DNA of 64,000 nucleotides from Nitrososphaerota archaeon (GTDB lineage Archaea; Thermoproteota; Nitrososphaeria_A; Caldarchaeales; Wolframiiraptoraceae). The stretch is from NCBI GenBank assembly GCA_021159365.1, contig JAGGRY010000001.1, forward strand, positions 7,543 to 71,542. Reading direction: 5' to 3'. The notes under the pieces are model-generated. The model made no database searches and had not been told where the DNA came from. It worked only from the letters and a program-made list of their open reading frames with translations. A program made the translations under genes and the position numbers. This document shows, piece after piece, positions 1 to 9,131 of this stretch. How positions within the stretch are numbered: the first letter of the stretch is position 1; the number at the start of each line of letters is the position of its first letter.

Positions 1-1100
1 CGAGACTCCATAGAGAATATAAATTCGGTGGAATCGAGTTTAGGGAAGCGATTGATAGACTTAGAGATGCAATCGCCTTGGCGAAAGATTACGGATTCGA
101 GTATAGGAGGGCGACGGTCGAAGATGCTTCGAGATTCTACTTTGAGGAAAATGGATTTAGGAAATTACTTCAGATAATTGAAGAGCTTAAAGCTGAAGGA
201 GCAACGATTATAAGCGTTCCAGATACCAGCGGAATTCTAACACCTCTTCAGGTGAGAAAATTTTTCGGGAGACTTAAGGAACTCTGCGACATTCCCCTCT
301 CAGCCCACTTTCATAATGATTATGGCCATGCCTCAGCGAACACGATTGAAGCCGCTTTGATAGGAGTGGAAGAGCTTCAAACATCAATTCTTGGAATAGG
401 GGATAGAAATGGGATAGCGGATCTGTATGAAGTTGCTGCTCCACTCATCGACATTCATGGATTCAAGTTCAGGCTTAGAAGGGATTTCCTCCGAGAACTG
501 TATCAAAGATTCAGCAAACTTACTGGGATAAAGATGCCGTTTAGGCATCCGCTTAGTGATGAGGCGAAGACCATTAGGGCAGGAGTCCATCAATCCATGG
601 CGGTTAAAGCTCCACAAGGATATATTCCAGCGGGAAAACTGAAACACGATTTTACCAAGATCTTCTTCGAGGTTACGCCATTTCTCAGTAAAAGGGTAGT
701 GGAGAAAATTCTTAGAACCAAAATCAATCCAAGTGTTTTAAGGATGATCTCGGAGAAATTGGCTGAGAAAGCTTCAGAGCATGGAGGATCCTTAGATCCA
801 AAACACGTCAAGGACATCTTAGAGAGCTTTGGATTCAAAGTTAATGAAGAAGCTCTTGGAAGCTTATTAAAGCCCGAAAAGGCCTATATTCTTCTAAACT
901 TAGATCCAAGATATCCTGTCAAGATGATGATCGATGAAATCATTGGGTGGGAAGATATTGAAGAGGTCAATGAGGTTTATGGGGATGCCGACCTAGTTAT
1001 AGTCGCGAAGATTGATCGAACAAAACAGAATGTTGTCGAGAGGATCAGAAAGGAGTTTAGAGAGGCCATAACTGGGATGCGTGTCTTAATAACGGATTAG
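1..1100 (+). CDS. HMGL-like (2-isopropylmalate/homocitrate/citramalate synthase family) protein, 5'-truncated by the window edge. The C-terminal ~240 aa extension is atypical.
   Basis: The frame is open from nt 3 with no upstream stop. The motif HFHNDYGHASANTIEA...GIGDRNGIA is typical of the pyruvate carboxyltransferase TIM barrel. The ORF track starts at TTG 78, but the frame continues to the window edge. Confidence 0.55.
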   Translation, partial: RLHREYKFGGIEFREAIDRLRDAIALAKDYGFEYRRATVEDASRFYFEENGFRKLLQIIEELKAEGATIISVPDTSGILTPLQVRKFFGRLKELCDIPLSAHFHNDYGHASANTIEAALIGVEELQTSILGIGDRNGIADLYEVAAPLIDIHGFKFRLRRDFLRELYQRFSKLTGIKMPFRHPLSDEAKTIRAGVHQSMAVKAPQGYIPAGKLKHDFTKIFFEVTPFLSKRVVEKILRTKINPSVLRMISEKLAEKASEHGGSLDPKHVKDILESFGFKVNEEALGSLLKPEKAYILLNLDPRYPVKMMIDEIIGWEDIEEVNEVYGDADLVIVAKIDRTKQNVVERIRKEFREAITGMRVLITD

Positions 1101-1714
1101 ATTCCCAGCTCGGTTAAGATCTTCTCCAAGATCTCTCTAATACCATAATTAACCGCAACTTTTCTCAAGTACTCTCTGTCAAGAGAACTCCTATTCACGT
1201 ATAGAACTTTAGCCGCGAGTTCGATGTGCGATATCTTGCCTAATAGAAGTAGATATATGATGTAGTCTTCGACGGATAACAGGTTAATATCATGTCTCTT
1301 ATTCAACCTCTCGATGAGCTCATCGCTCCAGTTAAGCGGCTTGGGTCTAGAGAATAAATGGATCGATCTATTGTCTTGGAGATCTAAGAGTATGTTTTCA
1401 TCGTTTGAGGAAAGTTTCGTGAAACCTTCATCTGAGAGCTTTTGAAAGAGCTCTGCGAAGTTCTCGACCTTAACTGCGAAGGAAATGTCTCTGAAGATGT
1501 GAGGAACTCCATACAGCGGGAGGACTCTAAGCCCATAGAGAACATAGGTTAGATTGAGCCTCGATAGGATATCTGAGAGGCGAATAATAGATGGTTCGAG
1601 AACATCAAACCAAGGTGACTTCTCCCTAAGGTAGGCTAATGCATCTCCTCCGACAGAGTCCATCTCCCTAATTATCCTCTCATAATCTCGCCGCGAGAGC
1701 ATTATGGAAATCAT
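1097..1714 (-). CDS. hypothetical protein
   Basis: A 205-aa ORF in a gene-dense context with no recognisable motif. Confidence 0.4.
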   Translation of the reverse strand: MISIMLSRRDYERIIREMDSVGGDALAYLREKSPWFDVLEPSIIRLSDILSRLNLTYVLYGLRVLPLYGVPHIFRDISFAVKVENFAELFQKLSDEGFTKLSSNDENILLDLQDNRSIHLFSRPKPLNWSDELIERLNKRHDINLLSVEDYIIYLLLLGKISHIELAAKVLYVNRSSLDREYLRKVAVNYGIREILEKILTELGI

Positions 1715-1742
1715 TCATCGAGTATTAGATTACTTTTTCCAT

Positions 1743-2522
1743 TCAAAAGAGGCTATAATATGAAGCTAGGAGGCTTATGTAGGAGAGGAGTAGAGCTATT
1801 GGTAGACTCTTCTCCCATCCTAATCCTCCAGAATACGTGAGACCTGCGGCGAGGATCACCAACTGGATTAGGTGAGCGATCACAAAGCCCGCTTGAAGGA
1901 TTGGTATCATAGAGAGCAGTTGGATTCCAATCTTCTCTAAGGCGAGAAGCATGAAGAGATAGACATCTATTGGTATATATGATATCATTGTCAAAGATAT
2001 AACCCCTAAGATCCACTCCCTTCCCTTACAGAATAGAGTTCCCGCGGCCATGAAATAGATCAAGGTTATACCCAAGCTTATCACCGTGCTTAAGATATCT
2101 CCTGGATTTGAGAATTTCAGGTATAGGATCGATGACTTGACTGGAAGAATGATTGACATCGACGCATAAGTTATCGCGGCTAAGATGCCTATTGGAAGAC
2201 AATACGCTGGAGATGCCGCCATCTTCTCAAAAAGGCTCAACGAAAATTTGCTGGAGTGTCCTTCATCCATCTCTCTTAACATCTTGGCCGCAACCTTCAT
2301 CCCGCTCTCACTCAACCTATATCTCCCTCTCCTAACTTGAACTATGAGAGGTTTCAAAAAGTCTAGGTGATAATAGAGGGTTCCATAGCTCACATTTAGC
2401 ATGAGCTTTAGCTGGGTTGCGGAAAGCTCTCCACGCGTGTATAGAAGTGAGATTATCTCCCTTCTGACCGGGCTCTTCAAGATTCCATAGATCTCGGCGC
2501 TTGACCTCCCGCCCAATTCCAC
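1743..2522 (-). CDS. ArsR-type winged-helix regulator fused to a polytopic membrane domain
   Basis: The N-terminus (SPVRREIISLLYTRGELSATQLKLMLNVSYGTLYYHLDFL) is an ArsR/wHTH signature. The C-terminal ~150 aa are strongly hydrophobic, forming several TM helices. Confidence 0.5.
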   Translation of the reverse strand: MELGGRSSAEIYGILKSPVRREIISLLYTRGELSATQLKLMLNVSYGTLYYHLDFLKPLIVQVRRGRYRLSESGMKVAAKMLREMDEGHSSKFSLSLFEKMAASPAYCLPIGILAAITYASMSIILPVKSSILYLKFSNPGDILSTVISLGITLIYFMAAGTLFCKGREWILGVISLTMISYIPIDVYLFMLLALEKIGIQLLSMIPILQAGFVIAHLIQLVILAAGLTYSGGLGWEKSLPIALLLSYISLLASYYSLF

Positions 2523-2612
2523 TCCTAAGAATTTAGATTTAATTAGTTAATGAATTATTGTTTTTCGAGATTTCTCGAGAAAGAAACGCTAATAGCGTTC
2601 TCTTTAGAGTAG

Positions 2613-4277
2613 TTGGATGCGATGAAGATGGGAAGAATAATCACGGCAATCCTGTTCACGGCATTGCTTTTATCATCTATCATTGCGACCACGGCTTCAC
2701 CGCAGATCAAGCAGAAAATGAGTTCAAGCCTTTCTCAAATAAGCGGTTTCACAAATAGTCAGCCCAGCGTAGATAAGGTTGGAAGGGATAAGTTTAGGAA
2801 TAGAGCGAAGCAGGCGATAGATGAGGCATTGGAAGCAATAGCTGAAGCTAAAAAATTGCTGGATGAGGCAAAAGAATCCGGGCTATCTACATCGATGATG
2901 GAGGAACTACTGAATAGCGCTGAACAATTCTTAGAGAAGGCTAAACAATTTTTGGATGAAGCCCCTGAAAAAGCTCTCTCCATGGCCATGCACGCAAAAT
3001 CTCTCGCAAAGATGGTGATAAACGGAGTTAAGAAACTTTTGAGTCAAACGGCCCAAGTCCACGTGAATAAGACGTCCACGGAGTCGAGGTGTAAGAGATT
3101 TAGAGAAATGCTTGAGAATTTAACAAGCAGGACTCTAGCGCTTCGTTTAAGACTCTCAAACTTAACTAGAATGAATCTGGATGTGAGCAAGGCTCAGTCG
3201 GCGCTTAACCGAGCATTCAAGCTGATAAACGAGACCCTCTTATCCATTAATGCGGGCGAAATTCCAGCCGATATCGAAGAAATCCTAAAGAAAATTGAGA
3301 GCATCCTTGACGAAGTCGAGAGCGAAATCGAATCTATGCTTGAAACGACGTTGACGTTAACGACTCTTAAACCATCAATGACGCATACTCATATCGGAAA
3401 GACCAGCAAGACCGTTGGGAAATCAAGTAAAATTCACATCACTAAGGCTACTGTTTCTTTCAATACTACTAGAACCAAAAGAATTCCAGGATTGAATGCG
3501 ACTAAAATCCATGAGAAGGCTGAGACTGCGTTCAAGCAGTTGACGAAGATCAAAGAGATCAACATAACTGTGACCGCTGGGAGAGGAAAAATGGTTCAGA
3601 TCGAACATTACATGACTCTTAAGAGTGGAGCTGGAGGAGTATCGATGATGAAGGAGATCTTGATAACCGTTGGGAATAAAACAATCATAAAGATAAATAA
3701 GGAGCTCACCGCTGGAAATAAGTCGGTCACAAACGAGATAGTCATCGAGAAGAATCAAACAGTTATAGGAGCATTGATCAAGGTAGGGAAAAAGAACTCA
3801 TCTCAAGTAAAGCTTGATCTAAATCTAAGCGTGACCATGCTCGACGTGGAGAGGAATAGACTCAGGCTTAGAGTTGAAGCCCCGAATGGAACTTCTGGAA
3901 GAATAATCGTGATCCAAGTTGAGCCGGATGTAATAGATCTAAACATGATCAAGAAGTTTAAGGTGCTGGTTAATGGTAGTGAAGCAGTCTTAGCTTCGAG
4001 CATCCTAGACCTGGCCTCAGAGGTTTATCAAGAACCAGCATACGTCTTCGTGATCTCATCGAAGGGCGCCAGCATCCTCCTCTATATCCCTCACTTCAGC
4101 GGCTACACGGTAGAGATCTTGGGAGTAGTCGAGACCATTAAATCCATCTTAATAGATGCTTTAAGCAAGACTTTGACCAGAGATCTTCTAATAGTATCGA
4201 CGATCGCTGCAACCATAATAGCCTTCGCCATAGCCATAGGCCAAGTAAGGAGAAAAGAAAGAATCCAAAAAATTTAG
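2613..4277 (+). CDS. secreted, surface-anchored coiled-coil protein, probably a glycoprotein
   Basis: Signal-peptide-like N-terminus (MGRIITAILFTALLLSSIIATTASP), a C-terminal TM anchor followed by basic residues (LLIVSTIAATIIAFAIAIGQVRRKER), many N-x-S/T sequons, and a helical/coiled middle. Confidence 0.5.
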   Translation: MDAMKMGRIITAILFTALLLSSIIATTASPQIKQKMSSSLSQISGFTNSQPSVDKVGRDKFRNRAKQAIDEALEAIAEAKKLLDEAKESGLSTSMMEELLNSAEQFLEKAKQFLDEAPEKALSMAMHAKSLAKMVINGVKKLLSQTAQVHVNKTSTESRCKRFREMLENLTSRTLALRLRLSNLTRMNLDVSKAQSALNRAFKLINETLLSINAGEIPADIEEILKKIESILDEVESEIESMLETTLTLTTLKPSMTHTHIGKTSKTVGKSSKIHITKATVSFNTTRTKRIPGLNATKIHEKAETAFKQLTKIKEINITVTAGRGKMVQIEHYMTLKSGAGGVSMMKEILITVGNKTIIKINKELTAGNKSVTNEIVIEKNQTVIGALIKVGKKNSSQVKLDLNLSVTMLDVERNRLRLRVEAPNGTSGRIIVIQVEPDVIDLNMIKKFKVLVNGSEAVLASSILDLASEVYQEPAYVFVISSKGASILLYIPHFSGYTVEILGVVETIKSILIDALSKTLTRDLLIVSTIAATIIAFAIAIGQVRRKERIQKI

Positions 4278-4285
4278 AGAGAAAT

Positions 4286-4613
4286 GGCGGCGGCAGCCCC
4301 CGAGGAGTGGCAAGGGAGAAGAGGGCCGAGGCAGCGGAGAAGAGGATCCAACACGGATCCACACAGCGGCCCCGCCACGCCTTAGTGCCGCTCCCTCCCG
4401 GGCCTAACACGGTTCGGCGTGTGAGGAAACCGTTGCCCACCCCTACAGGTGGGTCGGCTTCCTACGGAGCCCCATGTGGGCGCGTCTTCATCCCTCTTCA
4501 TCCGCCGCTGTGCCCCCTCTCCACGAGCGCCTCCTCGGGTTACTGGCCCCCGCATGTAGCCCATTTCGGGTTACAGGGAAGGGCTAGCTCCCCGGCCCTA
4601 CCTGCCGCCGCCG
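4286..4613 (-). ncRNA. signal recognition particle RNA (7S/SRP RNA)
   Basis: A ~327-nt GC-rich island in an AT-richer genome. The terminal helix GGCGGCGGCAG/CUGCCGCCGCC closes it. On the minus strand an Alu-domain-like CCUGUAACCCGAAA...CGAGGAGGC resembles the human/archaeal CCUGUAGUCCC...CGGGAGGC. A helix-8-like GCCCGGGAGGGAGCGGC carries a GNRA loop and an AGCRGC motif. A TATA-like TTATAT (plus-strand 4636-4641) is centred about 26 nt upstream of the minus-strand 5' end. An oligo-T run (plus-strand 4267-4272) follows the 3' end. Confidence 0.6.
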
Positions 4614-4635
4614 TTAATGATTTCATTCGCCGAAG

Positions 4636-4641
4636 ATATAA
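4636..4641 (-). promoter_or_regulatory. TATA box candidate for the SRP RNA gene
   Basis: TTATAT on the minus strand, about 26 nt upstream of the predicted 5' G of the SRP RNA. Confidence 0.35.
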
Positions 4642-4747
4642 CTCTTGTCAATTGTTTATCGAGTTTTTGCTCTCATTCCGGTTTTTCAACATCTTAGAGG
4701 AAAATAATGATTTTATGGGGGCTTCATGAACGTTCATCGAGATCCTT

Positions 4748-5608
4748 ATGATCATCGATACGATGCTCGACTTCTTAAATTATTGGAAAAATTATTCAGG
4801 TCTAGGTCTAGAGGAGATGTTTGATGGATGGCTCCGATCATATATGATCCGCTATCCTGAGCTTCTGGTCAAGCAGCTTGGCCATTGGGAGAGCTTAGAT
4901 AAGCTTAGGGAGGTTATGGTGAATAGAATCTTGCCGAGGCTGGATGGATGGATTCATGAGATAATTGAGGCCTGGATGAACATTAGAGCTGATGCGGAAA
5001 ACGTATTCTCTAGGGCGCGCATGTCCCTAAAAACCGATTTAGATCCTCTCGTGGTTCTGTATGTGGGATCTGGATGTGGCGCTGGCTGGGCGACGATCAT
5101 CTCAGATAAACCTGCGATTCTCTTAGGTCTTGAAAATATCGCTGATCTTGGATGGATCTCAGAGGAGAAGATTAGGGGATTGATAGCGCATGAATTCGGC
5201 CACCTATATCATATGAAGCTTAGAGGGGAATGGAGTAGGTTTGAGGAGCTTGAAAAAGATCCATACTTCCAGCTATATAGTGAGGGATTTGCCCAATATT
5301 GTGAACATCTGATAATGGGTTACAGATCTTGGCATGTTGCTATCGGGGAAGATTGGGTCGATAAATGTTCGAAGAAGATCAGAGACTTTGCTTCAAAATA
5401 TCTTGATAGCTCTAAGCGATCTGATGTCAGAGCGTTCTATGGATCTTGGCTTGATGTGTGGGGGATAAAACATGCAGGATACTTCTTAGGCCATGAATTG
5501 ATTAATAAGCTTGTGGTGGACAGAGGTCTTGAAGAGATTGCTCTTCTATCAGAAGGAGAAGTAAGAAAACTTGTAAAAGACTTCCTAGAAGAACTCTCTC
5601 GAATTTGA
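4748..5608 (+). CDS. HExxH-motif zinc metallopeptidase-like protein
   Basis: The motif IAHEFGHLYH is a zincin HExxH. No signal peptide is present. Confidence 0.5.
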   Translation: MIIDTMLDFLNYWKNYSGLGLEEMFDGWLRSYMIRYPELLVKQLGHWESLDKLREVMVNRILPRLDGWIHEIIEAWMNIRADAENVFSRARMSLKTDLDPLVVLYVGSGCGAGWATIISDKPAILLGLENIADLGWISEEKIRGLIAHEFGHLYHMKLRGEWSRFEELEKDPYFQLYSEGFAQYCEHLIMGYRSWHVAIGEDWVDKCSKKIRDFASKYLDSSKRSDVRAFYGSWLDVWGIKHAGYFLGHELINKLVVDRGLEEIALLSEGEVRKLVKDFLEELSRI

Positions 5609-5715
5609 TTTTTCAAGCGACTTTCCCCTTCATATGAAATCCCAGCATAACCGTGTCTTCAAAGAAATTCATTTAAACTCTTTTGAATCGCTCCTTCAGT
5701 AGATGATTTTTGAAT

Positions 5716-5946
5716 TTAAGAGCCGAACTCCTCTAACCCCTTCCCTGGTTTCCAGAAGACCTCAACAGCTCCCATTCTCCTTAACAGCTGAAGAGCTCTA
5801 CGGGTAAAGTCTTTGGGATAGCCTAGATTCCGCGAGATCTCCTTCAGGGGTTTCGGCCCATTCCTCTTTAGGTAGATGAGTATTCTCATTTGTCTTGGAT
5901 CCCCAAGCCTTTCAGGAAACTTCTTGAACTTCCAAAGATAGGTCAA
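5716..5946 (-). CDS. small winged-helix DNA-binding protein
   Basis: A 76-aa basic protein whose wHTH-like core is MRILIYLKRNGPKPLKEISRNLGY...RRALQLLRRMGAV. Confidence 0.4.
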   Translation of the reverse strand: MTYLWKFKKFPERLGDPRQMRILIYLKRNGPKPLKEISRNLGYPKDFTRRALQLLRRMGAVEVFWKPGKGLEEFGS

Positions 5947-6009
5947 GAACTCCCATGATGGTTCAACTGAATCATATATGAATCTTGGTGGAGTTGACCA
6001 CCATTGATA

Positions 6010-7152
6010 TTATTCGTGAACTTTTCTCCACATTTCTCTGGCAAGCTCCCCGTCATACATGTAAAGATGTAGTAGCTCTTTTGCTTCCTCTCTCCTGGCT
6101 CTATGTTCCTCGATGAACTTCAAGACTTTTTCGGTTAAGATGAGTTTCATCTCCCCGCTAAGGATCTTTCCAGCTCTATAATCTTCTTCAAGCTTCTTCA
6201 GCTTTCTGTCATCTGGTTCAAAGAAGAAGTAGAGCCATTGAAACGCCACATCTATCTCTGGATTCCCTCCAAGTTTTCGATGAAGCTCCGCCGTGGGTTG
6301 ACCTCCTGAATAAGCTTTCCAAATCTTCTTTCTAATACTCTTCTCATCTTCATGTAGATAGATCGCGGATTCAGGCTTACTTGCGCTCATCTTTCCGATG
6401 GGCCCTGTTAATGGTGGCAGGAACTTGCTATGAATCGCCGCAGTCTTATAGAATCCAAGGCTCTCCGCGATATCTCTCTGAATCCTCCAGTAGGGATCTT
6501 GGTCGATCGCGCATGGTATCAGGCACCGCTTTCTCTCGAAGAGTGATGGGACAACTTGAATCGCGGGGTAAAAGCTCATCCCGATGTTCGTTTGCATGTC
6601 AAATCCGAATACCGCTCTAACCCAGCTGAAATTTATCTTCCTAGCAACCTTTAGGGCGAGCGGATACATGTTCTTGATATATTCCGTGTCTTGGAAAATG
6701 AATGTCTTATCTGGATCGAATCCGACTGCAGCTATATCTAATGCGTTATCGCGTGCCCATTTCCTAGCCTCCTCGAGGGTTAGTCTCCTCTCTTCTTCGA
6801 GAAATTTCTCATCATCCGTGAGCTGGATGTAGACATTAACTTTAAACCTATCCTGAAGCCACTTTGTGAAATAGAAGGGTATTATGTGGCCTATGTGCAT
6901 AGGACCACTCGGCCCTCTTCCAGTATATAGGAAGAACCCCTTACCTGATTCCCAGTCATCCAATACTTTATCGAGATCTCTATGTGAAAAGAATATTCTC
7001 CTCGTTAGGAGGTGATGTTCTTCTCCAGCATCTTTTATAAGCCTATTGAGGAGCTCGTCATCTATTGGAGATGTTCCAAAATGCTCTATGAGCTTCGCAT
7101 AATCTACTTTTCCTTCAACCTTCCAAGGGGTTACAACGAATTCATCGTCCAT
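6010..7152 (-). CDS. trpS: tryptophanyl-tRNA synthetase (archaeal/eukaryotic type)
   Basis: HIGH-region GRGPSGPMHIGHIIPF, a KMSAS motif, and 380 aa are all typical of archaeal TrpRS. Confidence 0.85.
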   Translation of the reverse strand: MDDEFVVTPWKVEGKVDYAKLIEHFGTSPIDDELLNRLIKDAGEEHHLLTRRIFFSHRDLDKVLDDWESGKGFFLYTGRGPSGPMHIGHIIPFYFTKWLQDRFKVNVYIQLTDDEKFLEEERRLTLEEARKWARDNALDIAAVGFDPDKTFIFQDTEYIKNMYPLALKVARKINFSWVRAVFGFDMQTNIGMSFYPAIQVVPSLFERKRCLIPCAIDQDPYWRIQRDIAESLGFYKTAAIHSKFLPPLTGPIGKMSASKPESAIYLHEDEKSIRKKIWKAYSGGQPTAELHRKLGGNPEIDVAFQWLYFFFEPDDRKLKKLEEDYRAGKILSGEMKLILTEKVLKFIEEHRARREEAKELLHLYMYDGELAREMWRKVHE

Positions 7153-7267
7153 TTCCTAACATCTCCATTCATGGAGACTGGCGTTCAAGATGCTTAACAA
7201 GACGCTCCGATATATATCTAATCTAAATGGTCTTAAGGGAGCTCACGTAAAGATGTTTGGAGGATAA

Positions 7268-8158
7268 GTGAGTGAACTTGAGCGATTTAGGGAGGCTGGC
7301 TTAATCTCTAAGAAGGTCAAGGAAGAAGCATATAGGATCGTAAAGGAAGGGGCAAAGATCTTAGAGATCTGCGAAATCCTCGAGGATATCATCAGGAAAG
7401 AGGGAGCTGAACCCGCCTTTCCATGTAATATTGGAGTGAATGAAGTTGCCGCCCATTACACCGCAATCCCACGGGATGTCGCGATAATTCCTCCGAGGAG
7501 TATAGTGAAAGTGGATATAGGGGTCTCGCTGGATGGATATCTCGCGGACACAGCGATAACCATCGTTCTCGATCCCAAGCTTGAACCACTTGCAGAATCT
7601 ACTAAGATGGCCCTACATGAGGCTATTAAGGCGATTAAGCCTGGGACTTCGATCTCTAAGATAGGCTCGATTATCCATAAGACCATCACTGGGATGGGAT
7701 TTAAGCCCATTAGAAATTTGACAGGCCATGAGATAAAACGCTATAATCTTCATGCAGGATTATCCATTCCAAATGTTCCTATTAGGAGTGGTGAGAAGCT
7801 TAGGGAAGGCCACATCTATGCGATTGAGCCATTTGCCACCACCATAAGAGGAGCTGGCGAAGTCGTATCGATGAAGACCATGACGATATTCAGGATAGAT
7901 TCTGAAACAATATTCAGGAGAAAGCTTAAGGATGAGGAGTTTGAATTAGCTAAATTATTAGCTGAAAGGTTCGACAGTTTACCATATACTCCGAGGTGGA
8001 TAGATGGCTTCGATAGATTTAGAAAGATTCATGAAAGAATGGTCAAGATTGGAAAGATTCACGGCTATCCCGTCCTAGTCGAGAAGCTTGGAGAACCTGT
8101 CGCCCAATTTGAGCACACAGTCTATGTTAACTCTAACGGCTGCGAGATATTGACATAG
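7268..8158 (+). CDS. map: methionine aminopeptidase, type 2 (archaeal)
   Basis: The 296-aa pita-bread fold shows conserved metal-ligand context (DIGVSLDGY..., HGIG-like HEIKRYNLHAG, EPFATT). Confidence 0.85.
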   Translation: MSELERFREAGLISKKVKEEAYRIVKEGAKILEICEILEDIIRKEGAEPAFPCNIGVNEVAAHYTAIPRDVAIIPPRSIVKVDIGVSLDGYLADTAITIVLDPKLEPLAESTKMALHEAIKAIKPGTSISKIGSIIHKTITGMGFKPIRNLTGHEIKRYNLHAGLSIPNVPIRSGEKLREGHIYAIEPFATTIRGAGEVVSMKTMTIFRIDSETIFRRKLKDEEFELAKLLAERFDSLPYTPRWIDGFDRFRKIHERMVKIGKIHGYPVLVEKLGEPVAQFEHTVYVNSNGCEILT

Positions 8159-8196
8159 AGAAAGGGCTAAATATGGTTAAACGAGGTTAAGTTAAG

Positions 8197-8526
8197 ATGA
8201 ATATAGATCTCTTGATGCTGCTAAGGGAGACGATATTCCTCTTACTTGCAATCCCTATGATAGTATTCAGCTTTAAATGTCTAATAGAGTTGAGGAGGAG
8301 AAAAATCGCCGCTTCAAGAATATTCTTGAAGGAAGAGGAAGTGTCGAGGGCGTTCAGAAACCTGTTCCTTGCCTCAATCTCCGCGTTCCCAGCATCGATA
8401 ACGCTCTTCCTCTGGAGCATCTTCAGACTAGAGTTACTTCGCTTAATTACGGCAATTCTATTCATAATATTCATAGCATTCATCCTCATCTCAAGTTACG
8501 AATTAAGAAAGGTGCTGACTAGATGA
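8197..8526 (+). CDS. small membrane protein
   Basis: 109 aa with 3 predicted TM helices. Its stop overlaps the start of the next ORF by 4 nt. Confidence 0.35.
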   Translation: MNIDLLMLLRETIFLLLAIPMIVFSFKCLIELRRRKIAASRIFLKEEEVSRAFRNLFLASISAFPASITLFLWSIFRLELLRLITAILFIIFIAFILISSYELRKVLTR

Positions 8527-8873
8527 TCAAAATGGTGCTTAAACTCACCAGTGGGATCGGCGTTATTCTCTCATTCATCTTCCTCTTAACCTGCTATAAT
8601 CTATACAAAAACCTACGGAACCGTCCAATTTACTCTCTTGGAAGAATGTTCTTGAAAAAGGAAAGCATCTTAGCATTCATCTTGATGACCATCTGTTTCA
8701 TCATATTCGCGGCGGCGAGAATCATCTCCTATATGGTGATCTTATATGGAATAAGCGGGGCCGTCGAGATGAGGATAATAGCTACTATTAGAGCTCCTAT
8801 GGATCTGATTGGAGCAGTTCTTTTAATGACGTCTACCATGATGCTTTATTCAATAACCCGTAGGAGAGATTAG
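8523..8873 (+). CDS. small membrane protein
   Basis: 116 aa with 3-4 TM helices, translationally coupled to the upstream ORF. Confidence 0.4.
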   Translation: MIKMVLKLTSGIGVILSFIFLLTCYNLYKNLRNRPIYSLGRMFLKKESILAFILMTICFIIFAAARIISYMVILYGISGAVEMRIIATIRAPMDLIGAVLLMTSTMMLYSITRRRD

Positions 8874-9085
8874 AAAAGTTTCACTTTTTTCTTCTCTTTC
8901 TCTTCTTTAACGTAGATTCCGATTATCCTCATCTTATCGTGGCCGCATTTCGGACACTTCTCCTCAACTTCTTTAAACACGTAGTCTCCTTCCTTGAATG
9001 GCCTAGAATTTACCGTTCCACATTTTAAGCACTTCATATGGGTTAATGGGGTCGGGATCTTCTCAGCCTCCTTTCCTGGGATCAT
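8870..9085 (-). CDS. zinc-ribbon small protein
   Basis: CLKCG...CPKCGH (CxxC x17 CxxC) with a lysine-rich C-terminal tail. Confidence 0.4.
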   Translation of the reverse strand: MIPGKEAEKIPTPLTHMKCLKCGTVNSRPFKEGDYVFKEVEEKCPKCGHDKMRIIGIYVKEEKEKKKVKLF

Positions 9086-9131
9086 TCATCTCACATCCTA
9101 GAATTTTAGGATAGACTCGTCTAAATTAAAT

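Noticed and set aside
1753-2016. Antisense and embedded ORFs of 60-140 aa listed in the ORF track. Examples: 1753-2016(-), 6381-6620(+), 13723-14145(+), 15411-15764(+), 41801-42215(+), 53195-53608(-), 60647-61504(+).
   Set aside because: Each is wholly contained within, and antisense or out of frame to, a well-supported conserved gene. The products are low-complexity (Ser/Leu/Pro-rich), typical of shadow ORFs.
4307-4729. A 140-aa plus-strand ORF and an overlapping 60-aa minus-strand ORF (4382-4564), both in GC-rich sequence.
   Set aside because: Both lie entirely within the SRP RNA gene. Their proteins are Pro/Arg/Gly/Ala-rich, as expected from GC-rich non-coding sequence, and the RNA has its own promoter and terminator signals.
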